The notes under the pieces are model-generated. The model was not told the DNA's origin. It did not search any database and saw nothing but the letters and a program-made list of their open reading frames with translations. Positions 1 to 13,099 of a DNA stretch of 64,000 bases are shown piece by piece. The translations under genes were made by a program, and so were the position numbers. The stretch comes from Peribolospora baueri (lineage: Eukaryota): positions 1 to 64,000 of the forward strand of contig JAMDHS010000036.1 of NCBI GenBank assembly GCA_029717555.1, in the 5' to 3' direction. Within the stretch, counting starts at the first letter, position 1, and each line of letters opens with the position of its first letter.

Positions 1-4
1 CCCC

Positions 5-29
5 TTTTTTTTTTTTTTTTTTTTTTTTT
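5..29. repeat. poly(T) tract
   Basis: 25-nt T run. Confidence 0.9.
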
Positions 30-784
30 CTTTGCGCTCCGCCATCGTCGACCTTCTGTATTCCTCTCTGTCTCGCTCTCTCTGTACTACGCCCCAACGC
101 CCAAGTCAAGTCAGCCAAACCAAGCCCAAGCGCATGCGCATGTGCATGCGCAAACCTGTACATCCGTATCGGGATTCAGATTTCAGCTTCTGAGGGTGCG
201 CACGACGAAGTCCCCTCCCTTAGCCCCGCACCCCGGCACCCACCCCAACCCCAAGCTGGAGTAAGAGTAATGAAAAAAGAAGCTAGCTTTTTCCCGCCTC
301 GCCCGGCCCTCCATCTTCCTCCTCTTGCTTGCCATGACGACAGAAAGGCAGAATCGTTTCTTTGAACAACGTCGTCGTCGTCGTCGTTTGTCCTACGCCT
401 CCGAGTAGGGCAGAGTTGCCTTGACGTGGATGGCAGGAGGACGGGATGGCGAGTCTCTCTTTTTTCTTTTCTTTCAAAACTCAAAAATCACCCGAGGACT
501 GGGACGGAGATCGAATCGCAGATGTTGACGAGACGAGGAAGTCCGGGTCACTTCAGGCCCTTCCCTCTCTTCGCTTTCCTTCCTCGGCTCGCTCCCAAGA
601 ATCTGATGGGACCGACCGTGTCATCTTCGAACGGGGACTCCCTTCTAAGAAAACATCGGACATCTACGGCTCCGGCTCTTTTTTCTCTGCCGATCTGCTT
701 CGTCAACGATCGACCGACGGCGGGACGAAAAGACAGACCGAACGAGCGCCGTCCCGCCCTCCTTCCTTTCGGGGCGCAGTTCGT

Positions 785-2662
785 TCACTGCGGTGGTGTG
801 TAAGGTTCGATAAGATACTTGGAGAAGCTCTTGATCTTGTCCACCCCGCGCACCTCCTCGGTCAGCAGAGGCATCTTGATGACGTGAAAGTCCTCCGTGT
901 AGAGATCTGCAATCTCGTTCAGGTACTTTTGCTGCATCTTGAAGCGCACCGAGCAGTGCTCACAATTTGAACCTGCCCGCCAAGGCAACGAGGAGGGATT
1001 AACAAAGCCTCTACTGAGCGCCGGCTAGATCCATCGCTTCACTCCAGCATGCGCCGCCGACAGCTCACCTTTGGGGGGGAAGAGCAACTGATTGACGACA
1101 ATGTTGTGGCTATCGATCTCGTACCTGGTGAGCTCCTGGATCAGCCTCTCTGTCTCATAAAGAGACAGGAACTCGGAGATGCACACACAGACGAACGTGG
1201 TCATGTCCTGCGTGAGAAAAGCCGACGAACGAGCGTGGAGACGTCAAGATTTCACGATAGGGGTGAGTATGGGGTGAGCACTGCTTTGCGGAACAGACTC
1301 TCAACGGTATAAAAAATCATGCAAGAGCGCTCACCGGGTTCTTAAACTGTGCGTTCACCTCATTGATCACTGCTCGCATGCTCTCTAGCTTCCCAAACAT
1401 GTCCTCTTGCGAGGCCGGCCCAGCTCCCATCATGCTCGACACCTGCAAGAAAGGAAAGCGGACGCATGAGGTAAGACTGTTCGAAACGATAAAGGGTGAC
1501 AAGTAGAAGGCCGTGCACAGCCGCTGCGATCACGTCCACTCCCACGCCCACGTCCACGACAGCAACGCGACAGAAAACGCCTTCCGCTTCAAAGCCATGC
1601 CCAGGACTCACCTGTTGGAACATGGGGCCGAACCTGCCGCTCAGCCCGCTCAGCTTGGCCAAGGCCTTTTCAAGCACAGACGGGAAGCTGAGGAAACGGA
1701 GTGTGTGACCGGTCGGCGCCGTGTCGAAGACGATCACCGAGTACTGCATCGACTTGACGTGCCTGTCCACAATAATGCGCAAGGCCGAGCGCCAAATGGC
1801 TTGATGAACGAGCTGGTCATGACGAATGGCGCCGTTATATCACGCGGGACGGACAAGACCCACTTCATGATCTCCGAAAAACCCATCGCCTCGTCCACGC
1901 CTGGAATCGCAAACGCTAGATCCTGCATGATCGAGCCCATCGCTCCGCCCTGTTGATCAGCTGCATTGGATATATAAACCGAAAGCGAGTAAGTACAAAT
2001 TCACCGGTGATGTCACCCTCCAAAAGCTGGGCCTCACACTGCTCGATCATCTCCTGAATTGAGCTCGTCGGGTCAATCTCCATGGCGTACAAGTTTGGAA
2101 ATCCTTTTACAAGAGTCGCCTCCTTGCCGAACTTTTGTCCGAAGGCGTCAGAGAGGTTGTGTGCTGGGTCGGTGGAGATCTGGCGGCGCGCGCGGCGATG
2201 GGAGACATGAGTGAGCGAGGGGGACGAGGACAGCGGAAGGAGTGCGGGCCCTTCAACGGCTCACCAGGAGAACAGAGTCTCGGCAGTATGACAGTTGGGT
2301 GGCCAGAGAGCAAGAAGTTGTCGTTTTACCTGTGGCACGAGAGACGTGCGATCGATGGCACAGGAAACGGGGGTCAGAGACGGACGGTCTGCATGGCGCA
2401 TGCGCCTCGAGACAAAACGAGCTCACCGACACCACCCTTGCCGCCTGGAGAAGAGATGAGAAGGAGGCATGGTCGGCCAAAACGAAAGGGTCAGTCCGTT
2501 ACCTCGCTCACAGCACCCCTCCCTCTTTACGTGTCTGCCCTAGCTAGAGGCAAACGGGCAAGGCGGTGAGATGAACTGACCGCAGAAGATCCATTTCAAG
2601 CTCTTCTGATCGAGGATGTTCTGGAGCGTTGGCTCGAGCGGCTCTTCACCGTCCGCAGACAT
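785..2662 (-). CDS. GET3: Get3/ArsA-family ATPase (tail-anchored protein targeting), multi-exon
   Basis: Spliced reading gives [87 protein letters not shown] (CxxC) and the end [11 protein letters not shown]. Introns are GT-AG. Confidence 0.96.
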
Positions 2663-3617
2663 GGTTCGTTCGCCGTGGTGCGCAGCTGTGTAGAAAGAGT
2701 CGACAGGCCTGTGCGACGTCCGCTTGTTTCCTCGGACCTGACCTGGCACGGTAACATCAGCTGCTCGACTCGGTCGGCGGAGGACAACCGCGGCGATAGG
2801 CGGCCGACCTCTCGTCCGCTTGCCGCAGCCGACCGCCGCCTCGTCTCGCCCCGCCTGGCGGCTGTCGTTTTAATCGACGGCAAGAGGACGACGACGAACG
2901 GAAAGGTGCGCCTTGCGTGCGGCCCATCATCACCAACGGCGTCGGCTGCCCCGAGTGGCCATAGGATATGCCCGTGCTCACGATCGTCGGAGAGCTAGGT
3001 GGCGGTCGCCTGTCGCCAACACGTCGCTCCAATGTCGCTTCGGATCGGCGTCCGGCTGACGGAGGCTGATTGCTGCCGGCTGTCCTGGTGATGGAGCTCC
3101 ACAGGGACAGCAATGAACCCTCTTGAGGACGAACATGCACGTCCCACTTAATCGGCGGGAATCCCCACTCACAGCCCTGTATGTAGCTAACATGGGCCCG
3201 ATTTCGTCGTCGTTCGCTCGCTTCTTGGAATCACTGCTTTCCTTGTCGGGCAGTGTGTAGCTATTTCCGAGCCGTGGTACATGCTCGACAGCCGTTTATC
3301 ACTCAACCCGTCGTCTTCAGCTCCGCTGCAAGCCGCTCATCATCTTACTTGGTCGACTGATAGACCAACGCAGGTCCCTGCTTCCGGCGTCCGTCCCGGT
3401 TCAGGCTAACTGTATCTATCTGCCCCTCTGGCAATGGAATATGATCGCCTGACCGCCGCCTACCTGTCTTGACGTTGTTAAAAGCACGACGACGCCTACG
3501 TCAAGCCGTCCCGCTGCCCCGTACGGTTTTGTCTCCCCCCCTCCCCCCTCCCTCCCTTGCTTCTTCCCCCGTCTCCTCTCTCCGCCGCGCGCTGCTCACT
3601 TTCCTCTCCTGAGCACG

Positions 3618-5944
3618 ATGGTTCAGCTCAAGGCCGCGTTCCTCTCCCTTTTCGCTCTCTTCCCTCTCGGGCAGGCCCTCGTCCTGCCTGAGGCGCAGCC
3701 GGCGTACTCCGGGTTCCTCTCGCGCCAGACTCGCCCCGACTTGAATACATGGATCTCCACCGAGAATGGGTACGCTTATGACAGTATTCTCAGCAACATC
3801 GGCGGGGCCAATGGGAACAGGCCGACTCAGGTGCCCAACGTCGCAACAGGGTGAGCAAGCCACGACGTCTGCCAGCAATGCGTTTCTTTGCTTGGCATGG
3901 ACTAAAGCGTTCCATTGCACCGTCTTGTCGACGTTGTGTTCAGTGCTGTCATCGCCTCCCCTTCCACTGCTGGCCCGGACTACTTCTACATCTGGGTCCG
4001 CGACGGAGCACTGTCGATGAAGGTCATCATCGAAAAGTACCTCCAGGGAGACACCTCTGTCAACGGTCTTATTGAGAACTACGTCTCCCTCTCCAAGACT
4101 CTTCAGCAGAACAACGGCGGTGAGCGGTCTCTAGGGACGACGCTCCACTGCAAGGAGAAAAGGCATGGGGAAACTGAGACAAGAGCTTCATTTTCTTCGG
4201 ATTCAGGGAGCGATGGAGAGCCAAAGTTCAACGTGGACGGCAGTCTCTTCACCGGGGTACGTCTTCCTTGAGAGATATAAACAGCTCATCTTCAGGCTCA
4301 GGTTCTTTATCTTCCTTCTGCGTGCATCGCCTAATTAGCCATGGGGTCGGCCTCAAAACGTAAGTTGCCTTGGACGCGTGAAACACCCAAGGCTACCAAT
4401 TCAGGCTCCCTGTATGTTGCTGACTACCTTGACTGTCTTTGCATGACCAATAGGACGGCCCTGGTCTTCGCGCTTCCGGCCTGATGTGAGCGCTGGATGA
4501 TCAGGCCATGTTCCGAGAGTGCAGCAGACGGAGCAGTGTCGCTCACATCCAACCTTTCCACTCTTTTCCTCTCACCTTGTCAGCAACTATGCTCGCGCTC
4601 GAGGACTCTCGGATCCGTACGTCACTTCGAATCTGTATGCCCCTAACAACAACAGCACTGGAATCAAACCCGACCGTAAGTTAGGTTTGAAGAGCTCTGG
4701 CAGACGAGAGCGTAGTGGCCCTGACCTCATGGCCAATTGGACCCTTGTCGCACAATATGGCGGTCAGTGGAATACGTTGCTCACAACTGGCAGAACACAT
4801 GCTTCGACCTTTGGGTGGGTAAAAGCGAAGACGAGCTTCGGCCTGCCATGCACTCCTGGTCGCTTCACTGAAGAATCATCCTTTTATTACAGGAGGAGGT
4901 CAATGCCAACCACTTCTACACCATGGCCGTCCAGCGACGCGCACTGGTCGAAGGCGCCACTCTTGCCTACGACATGAACGACCCCGGTGCGGGGGCGTAC
5001 TACGTCCAACAAGCGAACGCCATCACGTCTGCGATGCAGTCCTTCTGGAACCCCAGCGACAACTTTGTGCATGCGTACATGAACGACAACACGGGGCGCA
5101 AAGGCCTCGACGCCGCCGTTCTGCTCGCTTCCATCCACACTTACAATCAGACCTCGGGCCAGGCAGGCACGGACGCCACCACTTTCCAGCCGGGAAGCGA
5201 CAAGATTTTGGCCACGCACAAGGCGTACGTCGACTCGTTCCGCGGTCTTTACAGCCTGAACAATGGTGCTGGGAGCACAGCTGCTGTCGCTGTGGGCCGT
5301 TACCCGGAGGATGTCTATAACGGCGATGGAACGAGTCAGGGGGTGAGTGGAGGACTCTCATCATCCATTGATAGTCAAGAAAGAATGTCGCCTACTCACG
5401 CTCGCATTCTTACTTCTTCACGAATGATCCACCCCTGTCCCGCTCTCAGAACCCGTGGTTCCTCACCACCGTGGCGGCGGCCGAAGTCCTCTACTCCGCC
5501 CTCCACAGCTTCGCGAGCGTTGGCTCCCTAAGCGTCACAAGCATTTCGCAGCCCTTCTTCGCCCAGTTCGACAGCGGGGTCTCCGTCGGCACGTACTCCT
5601 CCTCCTCGTCCGAGTACAACACTCTCACCAGCGGCATGAAGACCATGGCTGACGGCTTCATGAGCATCGTCGAGACCCACAGCTGGGTTAATGGTAGCTT
5701 GAATGAGGAGTTCAACCGCGATACGGGGTTCAGCCAAGGAGCGAGGGAGCTTACGTGAGTGGTCGATGATCGGTGGTGCTCTTCAATACCCGCGCCCTGC
5801 TGGGCAAGGGCTGGCTTTGTTCCGCGGAAGGGGCAGTGCCACTCACGTCCAACCTTTTTCTTCCCTTCTTACTACATTTTCAGCTGGAGCTACGCCTCCT
5901 TCCTCACCGCCGCGGCGTCTAGGGCCGGAACTCCGATCTTCTAA
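3618..5944 (+). CDS. Secreted glucoamylase, glycoside hydrolase family 15, catalytic domain only
   Basis: Signal peptide MVQLKAAFLSLFALFPLGQA. GH15 motifs PDYFYIWVRDGAL, GEPKFNVDG, PWGRPQNDGPGLRA, FDLWEEV, AVGRYPEDVY, NPWFLTT, EEFNRDTG and LTWSYASF are distributed over about 10 exons. Confidence 0.94.
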
Positions 5945-6396
5945 GCGTACACCCTTTTTTCTTCGGTGATGCTCCTACGCCCCGCCCCCCGCCTCCCCTC
6001 GATGCGAGCTTCTTCTCCTGGTCAGATTTTTGAGCTCCAATACCCTGTACCTGTATTTTCCCCACAATGAGGAATCTTGGGCGGAGCATGAGAAGGTCGC
6101 CCTAGTCGGATGTGAGCCGTGGGACAGCGACCAAGGTGTCGTCGCCAGGGAACCGCCGGCACCCGAGGCCAATTTTCGGTCTGCTGTGTGGTGTGCACGT
6201 GACGAACGCGACAACAGCCGCGTGGTCAAGTTTAGTTTCTTGGAACTCGGTTTCTGCACTCCATAGACGACCGCCGACAAACTACCAACGGCGCAGGGGC
6301 CGCACACGCAAGGACAAGACCGGATACATACTTTTCAAAGCAGAAGGAGAGACGAGACGAGTCCAGCTTCGCCACTGACACGGACCACCGCCCACG

Positions 6397-9300
6397 ATGA
6401 TGGAAGATGGGAGCGCGGCGACACAGAAGCGGGCGTCCGCGAAAACCGCGACGGAGACTTATCAGAAGGTGAGTGCTCCTTTGGACGGCGAAGACCGACC
6501 GCTTCGGGGTAAGTGAATGGAGCAATGGCTGATTGTCTGGCGCGGTATTTCTCTTTCCGCACCGCTTGCACAGCTCACTCAACTAGAGCACGTCCTCAAG
6601 CGACCTGACACGTACATTGGCAGCGTCGAGGCGGACACTCGGGACATGTGGGTGTATGACAAGCCGTCAAGTCAGATGGTGTACAAGTGAGTCTTTGGAT
6701 TCCCACTAGTGCGTGCGTGAGGAGAGGCACGGCCGACCGTTTACCGTCCGCTCTTTACCGGCATCTCTAACCCCTACTCTGCCTTTCTTAGGAAAATCAC
6801 TTTTGTTCCCGGATTGTACAAGATCGTGGACGAGATTCTGGTTAACGCAGCTGACAACAAGGTGAGTCGGAAGAGGAATTCCTGCCTTGTTGGAGCAACC
6901 CTCTGATCTCGGATAGTTTTGACGCCTGCAGATCCGCGACTCGACCATGGACGCTTTGAAGGTCACTATCAACCGAGAGGAAGGCAGCATATCCGTCTGG
7001 AACAACGGAAAGGGAATTCCCATCGAGAAGCATGAGAAGGAAGGCATCTACATCCCCGAGCTCATTTTTGGTCACCTTCTCACTTCATCCAACTATGACG
7101 ACGACGAGAAGAAGGTCACCGGAGGTCGAAATGGATACGGTGCCAAGCTTGCGAACATCTACTCGACCGAGTTCACCGTCGAGACGGCCGACAGGGAGCA
7201 GAAATACCGTCAGACGTTTACTGAGAACATGAGCAAGAAGGGATCACCAAAACTACTGAAGAACTCCAAGAAGGAAGAGTACACCCACGTGACCTTCAAG
7301 CCCGACTTCCAGAGATTCGGCATGACGAGCATAGACGACGACACAGAGGCGCTGCTCATGAAGCGTGTGTATGACATGGCGGGTACCGTGAAGAACTGCA
7401 AGGTCTTCCTCAACGGCGAGCGTCTCAAGATCCGCAACTTCAAGCAGTACGTCGAGATGTACGTCAATGCGGTTAATCAGCTCGGCGGCGTCAAGAAGGA
7501 AGAGAACGAGGAGGACCTCGGCGCGGCCGCGGTACCGAAGCAGAACATCATCTACGAGACGGTCAACGACCGCTGGGAGATCGCCTTTGCGGTCTCTGAC
7601 GGCACGCCACAGCAGGTCTCGTTTGTCAACGGCATCGCCACTATCAAGGGTGGCACGCACGTCCATCACGTCGTCGACCAGATCACGAGCAAGCTCATCG
7701 AGGCGCTCAAGAAGAAGAACAAGGCCGCACCGGTCAAGCCGCATCAGATCAAGAACCATCTCTGGGTCTTCGTCAACGCCCTCATCGAGAACCCCGCCTT
7801 CGACTCACAGACGAAGGAAACGCTCACGCTCAAGCAAAGCGCGTTTGGAAGCAAGTGCAACATCACTGACGGTTTCATGAAGAAGGGTGAGCTGTCGTCG
7901 AGGGTGGGTAGCACGAGGGAGGAAAGGAGCATTGACCATGCCGTTTTCCGTTATCCTCGCGTTTCTAGTCGTCAACTCCGGTGTCATGGACAACATCCTC
8001 GCCTTCGCAAGGTTCAAACAGGACCAGGAGCTCAAGAAGACGGATGGAAAGGCCTCGCGGACCCGGTGCGTAACGGTTTCTGGAAGATGAGATGAGCTTG
8101 GGAACGGGATTGAGAATTGACTTTCCTCCCGTGTCGGTCATTTCTCAGAATTACCGGCATTTCCAAGCTCGACGACGCGAACAATGCTGGCGGCCGCACC
8201 GGAAAGAATTGCACGCTCATTCTCACCGAAGGAGACTCGGCCAAGGCCTTGGCTGTCTCTGGTCTCACGGTCGTCGGGCGTGACAACTTTGGCGTCTTCG
8301 CTCTGCGTGGAAAGCTACTGAACGTGCGCGAAGCGAGCCACGACTCGATCATGAAGAACCTGGAGATACAGCACATCAAGACGATCTTGGGCTTGCAGCA
8401 CCAGAAGCAATATACCTCGACGGATGGCCTCCGATACGGAAGTCTGATGATCATGACGGACCAGGTGAGTAGGTGTGAAAGATCATTTAACTGTCACGGA
8501 AAGCTAATACAGCTTCTCGTCGTCGCCACGGCAATCCAGGATCATGACGGTTCGCACATCAAAGGTCTTCTCATCAACTTCCTCGACCACTTCTACCCTT
8601 CCTTGCTCAAGATACCGGGCTTCCTGGTAGAATTCGTTACGCCGATTGTCAAAGTGTGGAAGGGCAAGAAGGAGATTTCCTTTTTCACGATCCCCGAGTA
8701 TGAACAGTGGAAGGAGGAAAACAATGACGGAAAGGGTTGGACGCACAAGTACTACAAAGTGGGCTCTTTTCGACTCTGATCATCCAATTTTTTCTGGTAG
8801 TAGCTGAGGGCTAACTGGTGCCGATGCTCGGTCGTTTACTTTGCGCAGGGACTCGGCACGAGCGGCGCTGCAGACGCCAAGAAGTACTTTAGTGACATGG
8901 CCAAGCACAGGCTGCCGTTTGCGGCTACGCAGCCTGGCGATCGCGAGCTGATCGATATGGCTTTCAACAAGAAGAAGGCCGACGATCGTAAGGAGTGGCT
9001 CAGACAGTTCAAAGTGAGTATCATGCCTCATTGAGTGGCTCGAGCGCGCAACGCACTCACTTGTATGATTTCCATCTGGTCCTCTTCTTGCAGCCTGGCA
9101 CCTACATTGATCACAACGTGTCCGAGATCTCGCATTCAGACTTCATCAATAGGGAGCTCATTCTCTTCTCGATGGCTGATAACGTCCGGTCCATCCCATC
9201 CTCCGTCGACGGCTTCAAGCCTGGTCAGCGGAAAGTCCTTTTCGGATGCTTTAAGCGCAAGTTGAGAGGCGAGATTAAGGTACGTTAGTCGCTCCATTGT

Positions 9301-11951
9301 GGGAGCTTTTGATATGCTGGCGGGTTAAGTGACTGACTCGATACCGACTCGTCAGGTCGCTCAACTGGCTGGTTACGTGTCAGAGCACTCTGCCTACCAT
9401 CACGGCGAGCAGAGCTTGACGATGACTATCGTCGGTTTGGCTCAAAACTTTGTCGGGAACAACAACATCAACGTGCTTTCCCCGAATGGTCAGTTCGGCA
9501 CCAGGGCTCAGGTGAGCGGGTGGTGGCCAGTGCCTGCGGCGGATGTCTAACGCATTCAGCCACTGACTGTCTTGGCCGCACGAATGTGTCTGCCTACTCT
9601 AGGGAGGCAAAGACGCGGCTTCGGCTCGTTACATCTTCACCAGCTTGCCTAGTATCACCCGCACCATCTTCAACCCTGCGGATGACAATCTCCTCAACTA
9701 TCTGAACGACGACGGCCAAAGCATTGAGCCAGAATGGTAAGAGTCAACAAGCCAGCGCGGCGATTGCGTTCACGGAAGAGGTGTGCTGACGGATGCACGC
9801 TCCACTTGGGGATCAACAGGTATATGCCCATTCTCCCCATGGTCCTTGTGAACGGTAGCGAAGGCATCGGCACGGGCTGGAGTTCCTCAGTGCCGAACTA
9901 CAACCCGCGCGACATTGTGGACAACATTCGTCGTCGAATGCAAGGGCAGGAGTATGTGCCCATGAACCCTTGGTACCGCGGCTTCTCGGGCACGATTGAG
10001 AAGGTCTCGTCGGACAGGTATAAGGTCACCGGCATCGCCCGATGGCTGGACGATGTGACTGTCGAGATTACCGAGTTGCCAATCAGGACATGGACGCAGC
10101 CGTACAAGGACATGCTCGAGGAGCGTGTTCAGGGCACAGAGAAGGTTCCGCCGACGATAAAGGTGCGCCCACCGCCAGCTTTTCAGCAGGACGATCGCTA
10201 GAAGACGACCTAAATGCTGACTCGTTCCCTGTTGCTTCTATGTCGGATAACGTAGGACTGGAAAGACAACTCTACCCACACGACGGTGCACTTGACGGTC
10301 ACCTTGACGCCAAAGGGCGCCGACGAAGCGCGAGCCAAGGGCCTGGAAGTTTTCTTCAAGTTGGCGTCTCAGATCTCCACCGGCAACATGGTCTGTTTCG
10401 ATCACCAGGGCAAGATCAAGAAGTTTACGGCACCAGAAGAGATTTTGGAAGACTTTTATCCGCTCCGGCTGCAGTTCTATCAGAAGCGCAAAGTAAGTCT
10501 CGCACGAACGCGAAACGTGCGTAACCGTGGACGAAGCGCTGACGGCTCTTCACGGATGGAATACAGGAATACACGGTCAAGGAGCTCACTGATGCGTGGG
10601 AGAAGCTGTCGAACCAAGCACGCTTCGTCCAGATGATCGTCACCAAGAAGCTGTCGGTGTCGAACCGGAAGCGCGCGGACATTGTGGAGGAGCTCCGCGA
10701 GCTCAAGTTCCGCCCGTTCCCCAAGCAAATCAAGGCCAAGGTGGCGGGAGATGTGGATGGGGTCGACGGCGGTGGGGATGAGGGCGAAGAGCTATCAGAA
10801 TCCGACACGGACTTTGACTACCTCCTGGGCATGGCTATCTGGAGCTTGACGAAGGAGAAGGTGGAAAAGCTTCTGAAGGAGCGCGACCTCAAGGAGGAGG
10901 AGCTCAACATCCTGCTTGGAAAGTCGGCGGTCGATCTTTGGAATGCCGACATGGACAGCTTCCTCGAGGAGTGGGAGGTGAGCATCGAGAACCTTCATTC
11001 CAACCCAGTGCGGTACTAACGGGAGGAACATTTTCACCTCGTCGTCTTGTGAACGCGATCGATTGTGTCTTCGTCCAGAACGTCTTGAAACAAGACGAGA
11101 TGGACGCCCTAGACGACGTCAAGTCGAGGAAGGCGGCAAAGACAGCTGCGGCGAAGGGAAAGAAGGGTGGTGCAGCAGCGCGCAGGGTGATCAAGAAGAA
11201 GATACTTCACAGCGACGGCGAAGAGGAGTCGGACGTTAGCATGAACGACGACAGCGAAGACGACTATGCTCCCGTCAAGAAGAAAGGCAAGGCAGCCACT
11301 GCTGCCGCTGCGCCAGCAGGGAAAACTCGCACGAGCCCACTACGCAAGTCTTCCGCGACGAGCAAAGAGCCCTTGAAGACTGTCAAAACGGAGCTTGTCA
11401 AGACGGAGCCTGTCAAGGCGGCGACCAAGGTGGTCAAGAAGAAGAAGAAGGCGCTGGACAGCGATGGCGAGGAGGAGGAGGATATTCACATCAGCATAGA
11501 CGATGACAGCGCGGACGACTACGCGCCGGTCAAGAAGACGGCCAAGGCGGGGCCCAAGGTGGCCAAAAAGAAGAGGGCGGTGAATAGCGATAGCGAGGAG
11601 GAGGATGCGAACGTAAACATGGAGGAGGAGAGCGCGGACGATTACGCGCCGTCGAAGAAGAAGAGCACGGCGGCCGCGTCGTGGACGGGAAGGGCTGCTC
11701 GCACCACGGCTTCGACGACCAGCAAGGCCACGAAAAACGATCCCCTTAGCGAAATAACACCGTTCTCCATCGCCGCAGGCCAGAAGTCAGCTTCGTCGAC
11801 GAAGACCAGAAGAGTCGGCGGGAATGGCGTCGCCGGTGGCCGGTCCGCCAGCTCGACTCGCAAGCGTCCCAGCGACGGATTGGACGATGACGAACTGGAC
11901 GAGCTCTATAGCTTCGCGAAGAGCAAACCTGCGGCGAAGAGGAGAGCTTGA
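6397..11951 (+). CDS. TOP2: DNA topoisomerase II
   Basis: [20 protein letters not shown]; ATPase motif [16 protein letters not shown] motifs [16 protein letters not shown] and [27 protein letters not shown]; catalytic [11 protein letters not shown]-rich C-terminal tail. Confidence 0.98.
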
Positions 11952-12066
11952 CCAATGGGCGGAGGTGGGGAACGGTGCGATGTGTGTGGACCAGCCGTTT
12001 CGTCAGGAGAGACTGTTATTTTTTATTTTTTTTTCCATTGTCATTTCGAGCGGCAGGGCCGCCGTT

Positions 12067-12070
<4 letters not shown>

Positions 12071-12116
<46 letters not shown>
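12071..12116. repeat. (CT)n microsatellite downstream of TOP2
   Basis: Perfect CT dinucleotide run of about 23 units. Confidence 0.95.
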
Positions 12117-12123
<7 letters not shown>

Positions 12124-13099
12124 CCCTCGCCGGCTAGATGTTGCCATGCACATATTGTTCGCAGAGGGATTAATACCCGGACTCTTTGTAGACTACTCGG
12201 AGCGAGCACTGGATGACGTTTCCTAGCAAGGCCGACATGCAACGTCGCTTCGTTGCCCCAAACACGACGGCGCAGAGCACACCCACCGCTGTGCAAAGGA
12301 GGGCGGGATCTGTGATTCTGGATGGCTTGCTGGTTCGAGGAGACCGTTAAGTCCGCATGGAAGGATCCGGCTCGGCTTCAAAATGGAGCCAATGCCGATG
12401 CGGACGCGTCGCTACTCACGCCGCCGGACGATCCCGGCGGCCCGACGATTGTTTTCCTTCTGTCCAGGATCCGTTCGTCCAGCTCGACCTGCTCGTCGTC
12501 GCCATGCTGGCTGGCCGACGGACAGGGTGAGGAAGGTGCCTGGGCGCAGCGGATAGCGGTAACGGACACCGTCATGCGGAGCCCGGAGACGGCGCGCCCG
12601 TCGAGAGAACGAGATGCGATGATGATGATGTTGATGATGATCCGTCGGCCGTACTCGATCGAGCATCGTCCCTCTCCCATGTTCGTCCTTCCTTGCTCGT
12701 ACCTTCGCTCTTACCCTCACACAGAGGCTCGCCCGGTGAGACAGACTTGTGCCGCCGTGGCCTAGATCGACGGTGGTCAACGTTCCGGCCTCGTCCGTCG
12801 AGCGATCTCTCTCATCCGCTCGGCCAAGGCGCGCAAGACATGCATGCTGCCGAGGATTAGAAAATTTCCTTTCCTTGCACGACCCGGCATCCTGCATCCA
12901 TCTCCTCCTCTCTTTCATCCACCTCGACGTTGCTCTTCCTAGATCCCTAGACCGCCTACTAGATCCCTCTCGCTTTTGCTTGCTTTCTTTTCTGTTTGCT
13001 GTTTGTCCTCTTCTCTGTTCGCCACTCGCCCCCTCTTCGCCTAGACGCACCCTACCTCCCTCCTCTTCGCGGAGCACGCTCTCGCGGCCTTTGGTCGCC

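Noticed and set aside
128..152. GCGCATGCGCATGTGCATGCGC near-palindrome
   Set aside because: It is a short degenerate hexamer repeat at the window edge, with no context to support a function.
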